A DNA stretch of 64,000 nucleotides from a virus (Duplodnaviria; Caudoviricetes). This document shows, piece by piece, positions 29,653-40,505 of this stretch. The position numbers and the translations under genes are program-made. The stretch lies in IMG/VR virus record IMGVR_UViG_3300045391_000852, positions 6,263-70,262 of that record. One strand, written 5' to 3'. A model generated the notes under the pieces. The model had not been told where the DNA came from and did not search any database. It was given only the letters and a program-made list of their open reading frames with translations. Numbering within the stretch: position 1 is the stretch's first letter; each line of letters opens with the position of its first letter.

Positions 29653-30362
29653 TGCCAAACGTCCCGAACCTTCCCGGCGTCCCGCTCCTTTCGAGCTATT
29701 CGCCACTCGCGGCAGTGGCGATGGTTTTGAACGATGCCATCAATCTTCTTTCTGGATCGCTGACGCCGCAGTGGGGCCTTTTCAAGAACGGTGCTCCAAT
29801 CGTCCTTTGTGATTCAGTCAATGCATTTGACTATCGCAATTCGTCGGTGGTGTCTGACTATCCGCAGGAAGATGGAAGCTTCACTAGCTATGACAAGGTC
29901 CAGACGCCATTTGATGTCCGGCTCCGGTTTGTCACTGGCGGTTCGGTTTCTGCCCGAGAGGCTATGCTGGCTTCAATCCTCACAATTGCTCAGGACACGC
30001 AGCTTTATGATGCAGTGACGCCGGAACAGGTCTATGTGAATTGCAACGTGGTTCATGTTGCTTATCGCCGGACCAATGCAAATGGGAATGGCCTTCTGGT
30101 CATTGATGTTGGCCTTCAAGAAATTCGTGTCACTGCTGAAGCAGCTTTTGTGGATAACCCTTCGCCCGCAACTAGCTCAACCGGCTCCGGCTCAACCTCT
30201 TCTGGATCACCAGCGGTTGCGACGGCTCCGGTGGCTCCGATTACAGCGCCACAAAATCCTGCCGCAACCTCTCCTGTCAATGAGGGAACGGTGCAGCCGA
30301 CTGCCCCGACGCAGCAAGAAACGAGTTATGTTGATCAAATGACAAACGCATTGGCATTTTGA
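29652..30362 (+). CDS. baseplate/tail initiator protein
   Basis: DYPQEDGSFTSYDKV motif. Confidence 0.7.
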   Translation: MPNVPNLPGVPLLSSYSPLAAVAMVLNDAINLLSGSLTPQWGLFKNGAPIVLCDSVNAFDYRNSSVVSDYPQEDGSFTSYDKVQTPFDVRLRFVTGGSVSAREAMLASILTIAQDTQLYDAVTPEQVYVNCNVVHVAYRRTNANGNGLLVIDVGLQEIRVTAEAAFVDNPSPATSSTGSGSTSSGSPAVATAPVAPITAPQNPAATSPVNEGTVQPTAPTQQETSYVDQMTNALAF

Positions 30363-30363
30363 T

Positions 30364-30681
30364 ATGCAGATCGTTCCGCTTCAGCCAGTCCCGGCGCAAA
30401 TCTTGAACATTCAGTTGGACATTCAAGATGTCACGCTGAATGTGTATCAAAAAAATTATGGTTTGTTCATTGACGTTTACCTCAATAACGTCTTGATCAT
30501 CGCCGGGCAGATTTGCCAGAACTTGAACCCGATCATTCGCGGTGATTACATCGGGTTCATTGGCAATCTTGGCTTCATCGATCTGCAGTCTGATCCCAAT
30601 GGGATTGGAAATGATCCAATTTATACTGGCCTCGGATCACGTTATGTCTTGGCTTATCTTGAAGCATCGGACCTCGCATAA
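30364..30681 (+). CDS. baseplate protein
   Basis: IVPLQPVPAQ start; GLGSRYVLAY end. Confidence 0.7.
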   Translation: MQIVPLQPVPAQILNIQLDIQDVTLNVYQKNYGLFIDVYLNNVLIIAGQICQNLNPIIRGDYIGFIGNLGFIDLQSDPNGIGNDPIYTGLGSRYVLAYLEASDLA

Positions 30682-31553
30682 TGGCTTTCATTCAGCGAAA
30701 GCTAAATGTGACATTCAAGCTCGCTTCCGGCTCCTTTGATGAAGGCGGCAATCAGGCCACCTTTAAGGGTCTTCGCATCTCTTCGAAGATCACGAAGGCT
30801 GGCGGGCGCTCGATGAGCATGGCTGAATTGTCGATCTATGGTTTGACTGATTCAGTTACCAACAAGCTTTCAACGCTTGGCATGAAGGTTCAATTCGTTC
30901 AGCGCAACACCATTACGATTGAGGCCGGGACTGATTCAGGTGGGTTTTCGACCGTCTTCCAAGGCAATGTCACAAACGCCTATGCGGATCGTCAGAACCC
31001 ACCGGCCAATCCTTTTCGTATCACAGCCCATGCAGGACTTTATGAGGCTGTGAATACTTCAAAGGCTTCTTCCTATAACGGAAGCACAGACGTGGCAACT
31101 GTCATGTCTAACCTCGCGTCGCAGGCAGGCCTTCAGTTTGAAAACAATGATGTTAAGGTCCAGCTGTCTGATCCTTACTTCTACGGATCAGCACGCAATC
31201 AAATTTATGAATGTGCAGCTGCGGCCGGCATCAATGCGATCATTGATAATGGCAAGCTCGCGATCTGGAATAAGAACGGCGCTCGGAAAGGGCAAATCCC
31301 GTTGATCTCAAAAGAGACAGGATTGGTGACGGCTCCGGCCTTCACAGCGCAAGGAATTGGCTTCAAGACCATCTTCAATCCTGGAATTGAATTCGGCAAG
31401 AAGATACAGATGCAAAGCTCAATTCAAACTGCCAATGGAATTTGGGCTGTGTATCTTCTCGACTATGAACTTGATTCAAATGTCCCAAAAGGAAACTGGT
31501 TCTGTCAAGTGAGCGCGACAAATCCTAATTTTGCTCCTGCGATTGGTAGATGA
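30681..31553 (+). CDS. baseplate hub protein
   Basis: LSIYGL, ISKETGLVTAP motifs; position. Confidence 0.75.
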   Translation: MAFIQRKLNVTFKLASGSFDEGGNQATFKGLRISSKITKAGGRSMSMAELSIYGLTDSVTNKLSTLGMKVQFVQRNTITIEAGTDSGGFSTVFQGNVTNAYADRQNPPANPFRITAHAGLYEAVNTSKASSYNGSTDVATVMSNLASQAGLQFENNDVKVQLSDPYFYGSARNQIYECAAAAGINAIIDNGKLAIWNKNGARKGQIPLISKETGLVTAPAFTAQGIGFKTIFNPGIEFGKKIQMQSSIQTANGIWAVYLLDYELDSNVPKGNWFCQVSATNPNFAPAIGR

Positions 31554-32269
31554 TGGCTGACGACCTCGCCGCTGGTCAGCAAGACCCTTCTTCCACATCG
31601 TCGGAATACAACACCTTTGAGTTCATGGTGCAGCAAATTCTTGGCCGTGTTTCGACCATGAAGCTGGTCAAGGTTATCAGTGTCACTTCGACAGGAACGC
31701 TCGCGGCAGTCGGATTTGTTGATGTGCAGCCGATGGTGAACATGCGGGACGGCAATAATCAGTCCACTGAGCATGGCATCATTCACAATGTTCCATTCAC
31801 CCGAATTCAAGGCGGCAAGAATGCCGTCATTCTTGATCCTCAAAAGGATGACATTGGATGGATGGCGTGTGCTGATCGCGACATTTCGTCTGTGAAGAAG
31901 AATAAGGCAATTTCAAATCCCGGCTCCTATCGCATGCTCAATATCGCGGATGGAGTTTATATGGGTGGGCTTCTCAATGGTGTCCCGGAGAACTATCTCC
32001 AGTTCACTAATGATGACAAGATCGTTTTGTTTTCGAAGCAGGATTTGACTGTCAAATCCAATACGAAGATTGTCTTGGAAGCGCCGACTGTTGAAATTGA
32101 CGGAAACATCGTTGTCAGTGGAACATGGTCGCCTAAGACAGGAAACCAGATCAACTTTGGTAGCAACACACTCGTCAGCGCCGATCTGCATTGCGGCTCT
32201 CTTGTCTTTACAACACACAAGCATGGCGGCGTAACAACTGGCGGCGGCTCTACAGGAGGCCCAGTTTGA
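31550..32269 (+). CDS. baseplate spike (gp138/gpV-like)
   Basis: VDVQPMV, VPF.RIQGG, DRDIS, THKHGGV. Confidence 0.82.
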   Translation: MMADDLAAGQQDPSSTSSEYNTFEFMVQQILGRVSTMKLVKVISVTSTGTLAAVGFVDVQPMVNMRDGNNQSTEHGIIHNVPFTRIQGGKNAVILDPQKDDIGWMACADRDISSVKKNKAISNPGSYRMLNIADGVYMGGLLNGVPENYLQFTNDDKIVLFSKQDLTVKSNTKIVLEAPTVEIDGNIVVSGTWSPKTGNQINFGSNTLVSADLHCGSLVFTTHKHGGVTTGGGSTGGPV

Positions 32270-32616
32270 AAACTCTCCTTCTCGCTATTGACACTTGGGA
32301 TTTGGTTCTTGACGCCTCCGGTAATATTGCGGTGGCGAGTGATCCTTATTCTCAGTCGCAGGACGCTGCGAGCGCCGCGCGTGTCTTTCAAGGTGAGGTC
32401 TGGTATGACACAACGCAAGGAATTCCTTATTGGTCTGAAATTCTCGGCCAGCTTCCTCCTATTTCGTTGATCAAGACCCTTATCTCAAACGCGGCATTGA
32501 CTGTTCCCGGCGTGACAGCTGCAGTCACATTTATCACTTCGTTTTTGAACCGCCGCGTTACAGGACAACTTCAAATCACCAATTCGAATGGTGATTCAAT
32601 TGTGGTGAACTTCTGA
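32266..32616 (+). CDS. baseplate wedge protein (gp25-like)
   Basis: TTG start; [25 protein letters not shown]. Confidence 0.72.
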   Translation: MKTLLLAIDTWDLVLDASGNIAVASDPYSQSQDAASAARVFQGEVWYDTTQGIPYWSEILGQLPPISLIKTLISNAALTVPGVTAAVTFITSFLNRRVTGQLQITNSNGDSIVVNF

Positions 32617-34040
32617 TGACAACAAACGTCCCCAAGCCAGTATTCGGGCCTGCCGGTTTTGAATCACCGACGCAAGCTGTCATTCTCGCTGGCATCATGG
32701 CTGATATGGTTGCAGCCTTCGGCGGAAATCTTAACACATCTCTCTCAACACCACAAGGACAGATGGCTTCAAGTGAAGCAGCAATTGTCGGAAACGCGAA
32801 CGACACATTTGTCTATTACACCAATCAGACAAATCCAGATTTCGCTCAAGGCCGAATGCAAGATGCAATTGGAGCGATCTATTTTCTTCAGCGTCTTCCG
32901 GCGCAGGCAACTGTCATTCAGGTCAATTGCATCGGCCTCTCCGGCGTTGTCATCGCTGCTGGCACAGCACAGGTTATTGATGACGCAGGCAACATCTACA
33001 TCTGCAATGAGACAGGAACGATCCCAAGCACAGGGAATATCACTCTTCCATTTTCCAATCAGACGGTTGGTCCAATTGATGTTCCAGACAGCGTTACTCC
33101 TTTCCGTGTCATTCCGGGATGGGATAGCACAATTGTCATTTCCGGCGTTGTTGGGAATGATGTTGAAGGCCGCGCAGCTTTCGAGACGCGCCGGAGGCAA
33201 AGTGTCGCACGAAATTCTTTGGGATCGCTCCCGGCAGTTCGCGGTGAGGTCTTGAATGTCCCTGGCGTTTTGGATGCATATGTCACAGAGAACACGCTGA
33301 CAACTCCCAACGTAATTGGCGGCGTCACGCTCGCGCCGAAATCAATCTATGTCGCTGTCACTGGCGGCAATGCTGACGACATTGCGAAAGCGATCTGGCG
33401 CAAGAAAGCTCCGGGATGTGGATACAACGGCAACACCACGATTGTCGTTCAGGATACCAACTCGGGATACAATCCTCCTTTCCCGTCATATGATGTGAGC
33501 TTTGAAATCCCGGCCGCATTGCAAATTCTCTTTGCAGTTCGGATCGCGAATTCAACGTTGGTTCCTTCAAATGCGACGCAGCTGATTCAGCAAGCTATCC
33601 TGACAGCCTTCGCAGGCAACGATGGAGGTCCGCGAGCTTCAATTGGCAACACCATCTTCGCTTCTCGTTTCTATGCTCCGATTGCATCGCTAGGTTCTTG
33701 GGCGCAAATCATTTCGGTGCTGATTGGATCAGATAACTCTCCGGAGGTTGCTTTCACTGGATCAATTGCCGGAACTGTTCTGACTGTGTCAGCTGTATCT
33801 GCCGGCGTTCTCGCTGTCGGCCAGACCATTAGCGATGACGTTGCTGGTGTCGCGCCGGGCACTCGTATTGTCTCCCTTGGCACTGGCACTGGCGGGACTG
33901 GAACTTATAATGTTTCAATCAGCCAGACTGTTGCATCGGAGGCGATGATTGGTGCGCTTCCAGCTGATACAGAGGTCTTGGTGAACATCGATCAAGCTCC
34001 TGTCCTTGACGTCAATAACATCTTGGTGACAGTGGTATGA
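32616..34040 (+). CDS. baseplate J-like protein
   Basis: [32 protein letters not shown]. Confidence 0.85.
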   Translation: MTTNVPKPVFGPAGFESPTQAVILAGIMADMVAAFGGNLNTSLSTPQGQMASSEAAIVGNANDTFVYYTNQTNPDFAQGRMQDAIGAIYFLQRLPAQATVIQVNCIGLSGVVIAAGTAQVIDDAGNIYICNETGTIPSTGNITLPFSNQTVGPIDVPDSVTPFRVIPGWDSTIVISGVVGNDVEGRAAFETRRRQSVARNSLGSLPAVRGEVLNVPGVLDAYVTENTLTTPNVIGGVTLAPKSIYVAVTGGNADDIAKAIWRKKAPGCGYNGNTTIVVQDTNSGYNPPFPSYDVSFEIPAALQILFAVRIANSTLVPSNATQLIQQAILTAFAGNDGGPRASIGNTIFASRFYAPIASLGSWAQIISVLIGSDNSPEVAFTGSIAGTVLTVSAVSAGVLAVGQTISDDVAGVAPGTRIVSLGTGTGGTGTYNVSISQTVASEAMIGALPADTEVLVNIDQAPVLDVNNILVTVV

Positions 34041-34699
34041 CCGGGCCTCTTTATCCGCCTCCTCCGGAAGCTGGAAGCAATGCCATTGGCCAATTCATCA
34101 TTGGCGTTTCCCCCATTGGGACGATTGAGCCATTTGATTTTTGGTCAACCATCATCAGTCAATATGCAAATTCAGATGTGTTGACTACTCTGATTGGGAA
34201 TTTCAATGACTATCTCGACCAGACTGCCAACATGGAAAACTTTTTTGACTTCATCTGGAATGTCAATACAGCGCAGGGGTATGGCCTCGACATCTGGGGC
34301 AAGATTGTTGATGTGTCGCGCGTTCTCCGGATTGTCGGTGACACGCGTTATCTCGGATTTGAGCAAGCTCTCCCGGATAGCGACCCATTCAATCAGTCTT
34401 CATTCTTCGCTGGCGCAACGCTGACATCGAACTTTTCATTGTCTGATGCTGCTTATCGCGCGTTGATTTTCGCGAAGGCGCTGTTCAACATAACAGATGG
34501 GTCAATCCCAAGCATCAATCAAATCCTTCTTAATCTTTTCCCGAACCGGGGAAACTGCTATGTCATTGACAATCTTGATATGTCGATGATTTATAAGTTC
34601 AACTTCATTCTGACGCCGGTTGAATTGGCGATTGTGCAACAGTCCGGAGCACTTCCCAAACCAACTGGCGTTTCGTTCACAATCGAACAGCTGATATGA
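34037..34699 (+). CDS. baseplate wedge protein (DUF2612-like)
   Basis: [26 protein letters not shown]. Confidence 0.8.
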   Translation: MTGPLYPPPPEAGSNAIGQFIIGVSPIGTIEPFDFWSTIISQYANSDVLTTLIGNFNDYLDQTANMENFFDFIWNVNTAQGYGLDIWGKIVDVSRVLRIVGDTRYLGFEQALPDSDPFNQSSFFAGATLTSNFSLSDAAYRALIFAKALFNITDGSIPSINQILLNLFPNRGNCYVIDNLDMSMIYKFNFILTPVELAIVQQSGALPKPTGVSFTIEQLI

Positions 34700-34706
34700 G
34701 GCCGCA

Positions 34707-35759
34707 ATGCTGAACTCACAACTCCCAACTCGCTTTCCAATCCCGTTTGGAAATGGCGCAGGCGGCAGCTTCATTCGTCCTATCCCGGTGCCATCGCAGC
34801 AAACAATTGATCCGGGTGCGGCCTCGCTCACAGATGGCTTCCCTCCTGATACGTTCATTCCTGTCAGCGCCGGTGGCGAGCCTCCGAATGGTGCTGACTT
34901 CAATGGCATCTTGAATCAGAGCACTGCATGGAACCGCTGGCAAGCAGTCGGCGGCATGGTGCCTTATAATGCCGCATTCGCTTCCGCGATTGGCGGTTAT
35001 CCTATGGGATCGCTCTTGCGGTCAAGCGTCATCATTGATGATTTTTGGCTTTCAATGGTTGACAACAATTTGACCGATCCAGACAGCGCGAGCGCCACAA
35101 ACTGGATTTCATATGGTCGAGGTCCGGGGGATTTGATTGTTGATCCTTCACCGCTTCTTCGACAGACTGCGCTTCGTGCCAATGGGTTGACAATTGGCAG
35201 CGCTTCATCTGGAGCTTCCGCGCTCGCGAGCGCAACTGCCATTCTGCTTTACCGCAATCTTTGGCTGAGCTATCCCAACACTGTGTGCCCAGTGACAGGC
35301 GGTCGCGGCGCCAATCCGGATGCAGACTTTGCAGCCAACAAGCCGATCCAGTTGCCAGCTTGGCAAGGTTCCGGTATTGTCGCATGCGACACAATGGGCG
35401 GTGGCGCAACAACGCTTCTCGCGAATGTCCCTGTGATCGTCGGAAATCCGAATACCCCTGGCTCTCTCTTGGGTGAGAATTTCCACGCCTTGAACTCGAA
35501 TGAGAATGGACCACACATCCATGGGATCACTGATCCAGGTCACACCAATGAAATGATCCTTCGCTTCCGGCGTTACAGCTTGGATAATGCTGTGGCGAAT
35601 GCCCTCACCGTTGCAGCGCTTGGCCCAACTGATGGCGCTGTTGATGCTGGCCCAACTCAGTCCGCTTTCACTGGTGTGACAGTCAATAGCTCAGGTTTCG
35701 GAACGCCGCACAATAACGTTGAACGCTCGATCACAACCAATCTGTGGTTGAAGCTCTAA
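34707..35759 (+). CDS. tail fibre protein
   Basis: AASLTDGFPP...GGEPP.GADFNGILN...IGGYP N-terminus; collar-like C-terminus. Confidence 0.8.
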   Translation: MLNSQLPTRFPIPFGNGAGGSFIRPIPVPSQQTIDPGAASLTDGFPPDTFIPVSAGGEPPNGADFNGILNQSTAWNRWQAVGGMVPYNAAFASAIGGYPMGSLLRSSVIIDDFWLSMVDNNLTDPDSASATNWISYGRGPGDLIVDPSPLLRQTALRANGLTIGSASSGASALASATAILLYRNLWLSYPNTVCPVTGGRGANPDADFAANKPIQLPAWQGSGIVACDTMGGGATTLLANVPVIVGNPNTPGSLLGENFHALNSNENGPHIHGITDPGHTNEMILRFRRYSLDNAVANALTVAALGPTDGAVDAGPTQSAFTGVTVNSSGFGTPHNNVERSITTNLWLKL

Positions 35760-35769
35760 GGGGAACAAG

Positions 35770-36330
35770 ATGACACATAAGGTTCTGGCTTCGAAAATTC
35801 AAGGCCGTGATTTCCAGAAGGATGTTGCGAGCTATCTTCATGAATTGACTGAATGGAAGCGTCACGAAACGCTTGTCAAGTCAGATGATGCAAGGATCGC
35901 AAAGGGTGAAAAAATCGATCCTTTGCAGCGTCGGCGCTCCTTCCCGATGCCGTCAGCTCATCCGGATGTTGTCGCATCCATAAGCGCAGATGGCAAGATC
36001 GATTATGAGATTGTTGATGATTCACCTTCTGCAACTGAAATCCTTAGGCAGAAGAAAGATAAGCTTCTGTCTCAGGTCATGAATGCCGAGAAGGAAGCAT
36101 CATATTCTCTCCTCCATCCGGCAAAGCGCCGCCTTCATGAAATTCGGAAGCGTGAAATTTTAATGTTGGAAGCGCCAAATTCGAAAGCCAAAAAGGAGCT
36201 TGATGAGCGGCAGGAAATTGATGCTCGGCTCCAGCGCATTGATCGTATTGCCGCGCAAGCTCTTCATGACATCGAAGACTTGACAACAAAGAATATCGAC
36301 AAGTGGCTGATGCCATCTTTTGAGGTTTGA
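35770..36330 (+). CDS. putative tail fibre assembly protein
   Basis: Follows fibre gene; helical. Confidence 0.5.
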   Translation: MTHKVLASKIQGRDFQKDVASYLHELTEWKRHETLVKSDDARIAKGEKIDPLQRRRSFPMPSAHPDVVASISADGKIDYEIVDDSPSATEILRQKKDKLLSQVMNAEKEASYSLLHPAKRRLHEIRKREILMLEAPNSKAKKELDERQEIDARLQRIDRIAAQALHDIEDLTTKNIDKWLMPSFEV

Positions 36331-36333
36331 TCA

Positions 36334-37764
36334 ATGAAGCAGATCATTCGCAGTCTTCTTGTTGCAGCAGCGCTTCTCTTCCCGGCGCTCGCCTTCGCAC
36401 AATCCTCCCCCGGCCTTGTTACAGGGCAAGTTCCGACAGCAGCGCAGTGGAATTCATATTTCGCTGCAAAACAAGACGCGCTCGGCTATGTCCCGTTGAA
36501 TACCAATGGCGGGCAAATGTTGGGTCCGCTCGCGTTGGCTCCATCAACATCGATTTCCTCAAGCCTTAACCTTCCCCAAGGTGCGGCTCCGGGTGTCCCA
36601 AATAATGGTGACATCTGGATGACAAGCTCAGGCTTGTTTGTTCACTTCAATGATCAGACAGTTGGTCCGCTTGTTTCGTCCTCAACAGCCGGGTGTGCGC
36701 TCTTCAGTTCTACTGCTTCCGGTTGCGTTGCTTCTCCGGGAGCGCCGACTGGCCGAATTCTTTCTGACAATGGCAGCTGGATCAATCCGACATCAGGTGG
36801 CACTGTCACTTCTGTTGGCTTCACTGCCGGCACAGGCCTGTCTCTTTCAGGATCAACATCGCCAATTGTTGGTAGCGGAAGCTTCAATTATTCCTTCGCC
36901 CCAATCGCCGCCGATAGTCTTTGGCTTAATGGAACAGGCGCAAGTGCAGTTCCTTCTGCCACGGCAGTTCCAAACTGTTCCATTCTTTCCTATAGCACAA
37001 CATCTCACAGCTTCACGTGCGGCAATCCCGGCGTGACAAGTGTGACAGCCGGGACCGGCCTTCTCGGAGGGAACATCATTGGCGTTGGAACAATCGATGC
37101 TGACATTGCATCAGTTTCGAATTTTCTCAATGCCACTTCCAACAAAATACTCGATGCTCAAAATGTCTGGGTGGCGGCCCAGACAGTCACGACGAATTGC
37201 GGATGCACTGGCTTCTCGGGAACGCCAGTTATTTCAGTTGCAACTCCCGGAGTGGTTAACTGGACCTCGCATGGATTGGTCGCTAACACTCCTGTTGTAT
37301 TCAGCGGTGGAACTCTTCCGACAGGAATCACTGCCGGAACAGTCTATTATGTCGTTGGATCATCGATCACCACCAATTCTTTCTCTGTCTCTTCCACGCC
37401 GGACGGCTCTGCAATCAATACCTCTGGGACTTCGACCGGAACACAAACTGTTCAGTCTCATGTGTTGATTGATTTTGCGGCCGGGGTGAATTTCAAGGTG
37501 CAATTTGTTTCTGGTCTTCCTTCAGTCTTTGGCTCGCCAATTCACGCGACGAAGCAGGGACAGTCCGGAATCATTTATGCGCTCCAGCCACCCAGCGGCA
37601 CATCTGTGACGCCTTCGTTTGATCCGGCTTGGAAATTCTCGAACGGTTCTGTTCCGCAATTCTCGAATGTGGTGGGAAGAAAAGATTGGTTCGGGTATGT
37701 CACTGAAAGCAATTCCAGTATCGCGACCAATGTTAATGTCCCAGCAGTCAATGTGAATTTCTGA
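36334..37764 (+). CDS. fibre/adhesin-like protein with signal-peptide-like N-terminus
   Basis: Ser/Thr/Gly-rich beta protein; MKQIIRSLLVAAALLFPALAFA-Q. Confidence 0.65.
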   Translation: MKQIIRSLLVAAALLFPALAFAQSSPGLVTGQVPTAAQWNSYFAAKQDALGYVPLNTNGGQMLGPLALAPSTSISSSLNLPQGAAPGVPNNGDIWMTSSGLFVHFNDQTVGPLVSSSTAGCALFSSTASGCVASPGAPTGRILSDNGSWINPTSGGTVTSVGFTAGTGLSLSGSTSPIVGSGSFNYSFAPIAADSLWLNGTGASAVPSATAVPNCSILSYSTTSHSFTCGNPGVTSVTAGTGLLGGNIIGVGTIDADIASVSNFLNATSNKILDAQNVWVAAQTVTTNCGCTGFSGTPVISVATPGVVNWTSHGLVANTPVVFSGGTLPTGITAGTVYYVVGSSITTNSFSVSSTPDGSAINTSGTSTGTQTVQSHVLIDFAAGVNFKVQFVSGLPSVFGSPIHATKQGQSGIIYALQPPSGTSVTPSFDPAWKFSNGSVPQFSNVVGRKDWFGYVTESNSSIATNVNVPAVNVNF

Positions 37765-37766
37765 AC

Positions 37767-38579
37767 ATGAAAAAGCTCGCTCTACTCTTTGTTGCTTTCT
37801 TCGCATTCATCTCTCCGGCATTCGCACAGTTTGCCGGGACGAATGCGATTGGGGCGATTGCATCTTCGCAGCAACCAACCTGCACCTTCGGTGGGAATGA
37901 TAGTTTCACAAAAGCTCTCCTCCACATGGACGGTGCTAATGGGGGAACGTCATTCGTTGATGATGCTGCCGGCGCGACAGCTGCTTGGGTTTCTCCAAAC
38001 GGCTCAACGACAACGACTTCAACATTCAAGTTCGGAACAGCATCCTATCAAGGCACCACAACATCTTGGATTGTTTCAAATCAGTCAGCAGTTTATGCTG
38101 CTGGGAATTCAGACTTCACAGTTGATTTTTGGATCAGGGGAAATCCTGCCACCACTTCAACATTGCAGTACATCGTTGGGTTTGGTGATCCGAACCAAAG
38201 CACAAGCTCGGCTTGGTACATTTATTACGATACCTCGAAAAACCTGAGAGCCAATTTTCAGAACACAGGATTTTCAAACTACCAAAACATCGCCAATGTC
38301 CCGAACATCTTCGATGGGAATTGGCATTATGTCGCCTATGTGAGGGCTTCGACAATCGCCAAGGTTTACATTGACGGAAATGCGATTGGGAGTGCTGTCG
38401 CGACCTCCGGGACAATGAATTACCAAGGCACATACCAAATGATGATCGGCGTTAATCCAACATCAGGCGGTATGTTTGGGAATAACAAATTCCCCGGAAA
38501 CATCGATGAGTTCCATTACACATTTAAGGCTCTATACACTTCAAACTTTGTCCCACCAACTCTTCCTTGGTGCAATTGA
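37767..38579 (+). CDS. LamG/concanavalin-like lectin domain protein
   Basis: ALLHMDG, DFTVDFWI, WHYVAYVR, GNIDEF. Confidence 0.8.
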   Translation: MKKLALLFVAFFAFISPAFAQFAGTNAIGAIASSQQPTCTFGGNDSFTKALLHMDGANGGTSFVDDAAGATAAWVSPNGSTTTTSTFKFGTASYQGTTTSWIVSNQSAVYAAGNSDFTVDFWIRGNPATTSTLQYIVGFGDPNQSTSSAWYIYYDTSKNLRANFQNTGFSNYQNIANVPNIFDGNWHYVAYVRASTIAKVYIDGNAIGSAVATSGTMNYQGTYQMMIGVNPTSGGMFGNNKFPGNIDEFHYTFKALYTSNFVPPTLPWCN

Positions 38580-38586
38580 GGATCGC

Positions 38587-39249
38587 ATGTCAGTAAACAT
38601 CACCCAATTGAAAGCTCGGAACGCGCAGCGCTGGGCAAATATGAAGCTGGACAAGAAGCGTCTCAAGAGCTTCCAAAGCACAGCTGAAAGGTTATGCGCG
38701 CCGGAAGCGAAGGCGCGTTATCAGAACATTTCAAAGGGAACAGAACGCCTCCTCTTGGGCGTTTCGATTTCTGTTCCATGGTCTGTGATAGCTGTCATTC
38801 ATGAGCGCGAGGCTGGTGGACCTCCGCATTGGGACAAGCAACTTGGGCAGGGCGATCCACTCTCCCGCGCCTCCATTCACGATCCAAAAGGACGCGGGCC
38901 ATTCTTCAATCACCCTGATGATCCTCCGGGACAGGATGCATTCTATCGCGGCGCTCTCGATGCACTCACAGACTGTCATCCATTCGCTGCGAAATGGCAG
39001 GACTGGTCCATTGGCGGTGCGCTCACGCTGCTTGAGGAATACAATGGCCTCGGGTATGCAATGATGGGGGTGCCTTCGGCTTATGTCTGGAGCGGAACAG
39101 ATCAATACAAATCTGGCAAGTACATTCGTGATCGCGTTTACCGGAAGAATGTCGTTGATGTTCAGAACGGTTGCGCGCCAATTCTTTACTGCATGATGCA
39201 GATCGATCCATCAATTGTTTTCACAGCGCTGGTTCCAGCGGTCGCCTGA
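38587..39249 (+). CDS. endolysin, lysozyme-family
   Basis: IAVIHERE, LEEYNGLGY, PSAYVWSGT.QY..GKY. Confidence 0.78.
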   Translation: MSVNITQLKARNAQRWANMKLDKKRLKSFQSTAERLCAPEAKARYQNISKGTERLLLGVSISVPWSVIAVIHEREAGGPPHWDKQLGQGDPLSRASIHDPKGRGPFFNHPDDPPGQDAFYRGALDALTDCHPFAAKWQDWSIGGALTLLEEYNGLGYAMMGVPSAYVWSGTDQYKSGKYIRDRVYRKNVVDVQNGCAPILYCMMQIDPSIVFTALVPAVA

Positions 39250-39261
39250 AAGGACTGAAAG

Positions 39262-39531
39262 ATGTCTTCAACACCTTGGCTTATTCTTCTCGCGCTTGCC
39301 ATTGTTGGCTTTGCGTATTTCGAATATCAAGCCATCAAGAACAACAAATACAAAACTCTCTCAGCTGTGGTCTATGGCATCGGCGCTAAGTTTCCGCTCG
39401 CGATCTGGCTCTGCGGCGTCTTCGCTGGCGGCCTCGCTGTTCACTTTTTCTGGCACTGGTGTCCGCCCGGTTCGGTGTCAGAAGGCTTGCTCTCGCCACT
39501 GGGGCCAATCGGGCTTTCTTCACTTCACTGA
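39262..39531 (+). CDS. putative holin
   Basis: 89 aa, two TM helices, directly after endolysin. Confidence 0.55.
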   Translation: MSSTPWLILLALAIVGFAYFEYQAIKNNKYKTLSAVVYGIGAKFPLAIWLCGVFAGGLAVHFFWHWCPPGSVSEGLLSPLGPIGLSSLH

Positions 39532-39549
39532 AATCTATCACAACAGGGG

Positions 39550-40443
39550 ATGAAAATGGATACCAATCCGAATATCTGGACAATGCTTGGGCCTTGGCTC
39601 GCGAAGTTCGCGAAGCAGGGTCTGCAGGTTCTGGGCGCTTATCTCGCGGCCAACGGTTTCATCACTTCCGGCGCGGGCACCGAAGCCTTCGTGGGCGCGG
39701 GCATGACCCTCGCCGGGTTATTCTGGGACTGGTGGTCCACGAACGGCCATATTCAGGCTGAAGCGCTGTTGAAGAAGCTCACTGCAACCCGGAAGGCATC
39801 GGACGCCATTACGGTCGCGAAAGCCATGCCTCCGGCCTCCGTAACCGGCGCGGCGGCGGTCGCGAAGGCCGAAACCGGGGTATCTGGCACTCCGGCGTCC
39901 GGAGGGGTGGCTGGATCGGTCGGGAAAGCCCTTTTGCTGGCCCTAGGAGTGGGTTTTCTGTGGTTCGCGGTCGCGCCGCACGCCTTCGCTCAGGCTCGGA
40001 CCTTGAAGCTTCCTATTGACCCCTTGAGGCTCAACGGAACTCCCCTGACCGGGAATGCTTCGAATGATCTGAAGGCCCTTTGGGCTAAGATCGGTGCGGC
40101 CTCGCTCGCGGACCTCCAGTACGCCTCGGCCATGGCTGGAGCAGCCGGAACGCCAGCCGCGAAGGTCCGGAAGCAGTGTTGGGACGGCCTGATCACCATG
40201 AATGAGCAGATCAATGGGAACTCACTCAAGAACCCGGACGGCTCGGCCATGGTCCGGCCTGACCCGCATCTGTTGAGTGATGTGGAAAGCCTCGCGGAAA
40301 TTGTGGACAATCTCTCGACGCAAGGGCAGCTGTTTTCGGCCTGCTCCGGCGCGGCAGAGATGGCGAAAATGAGTGCGCTGCAGTTTGTCACTCAGGCCAT
40401 TGCCGGCCTCGCGACCTTCTCGACGCTTCCCGTTATTCCTTGA
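39550..40443 (+). CDS. lysis-region membrane protein
   Basis: Holin-like N-terminal TMs, Ala-rich linker, a further TM, then soluble domain. Confidence 0.55.
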   Translation: MKMDTNPNIWTMLGPWLAKFAKQGLQVLGAYLAANGFITSGAGTEAFVGAGMTLAGLFWDWWSTNGHIQAEALLKKLTATRKASDAITVAKAMPPASVTGAAAVAKAETGVSGTPASGGVAGSVGKALLLALGVGFLWFAVAPHAFAQARTLKLPIDPLRLNGTPLTGNASNDLKALWAKIGAASLADLQYASAMAGAAGTPAAKVRKQCWDGLITMNEQINGNSLKNPDGSAMVRPDPHLLSDVESLAEIVDNLSTQGQLFSACSGAAEMAKMSALQFVTQAIAGLATFSTLPVIP

Positions 40444-40505
40444 AATCGTCTTCGTGCTCCGGCAGGGTTTCCCCTCGCCGGAGCCTCGAACAACGGAGAC
40501 AAATC

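Noticed and set aside
38885-38900. Plus-strand CTGATGA occurrences (also near 8313, 9484 and 32612)
   Set aside because: Inside coding sequence or at a gene overlap, with no matching GAAA or stems found.
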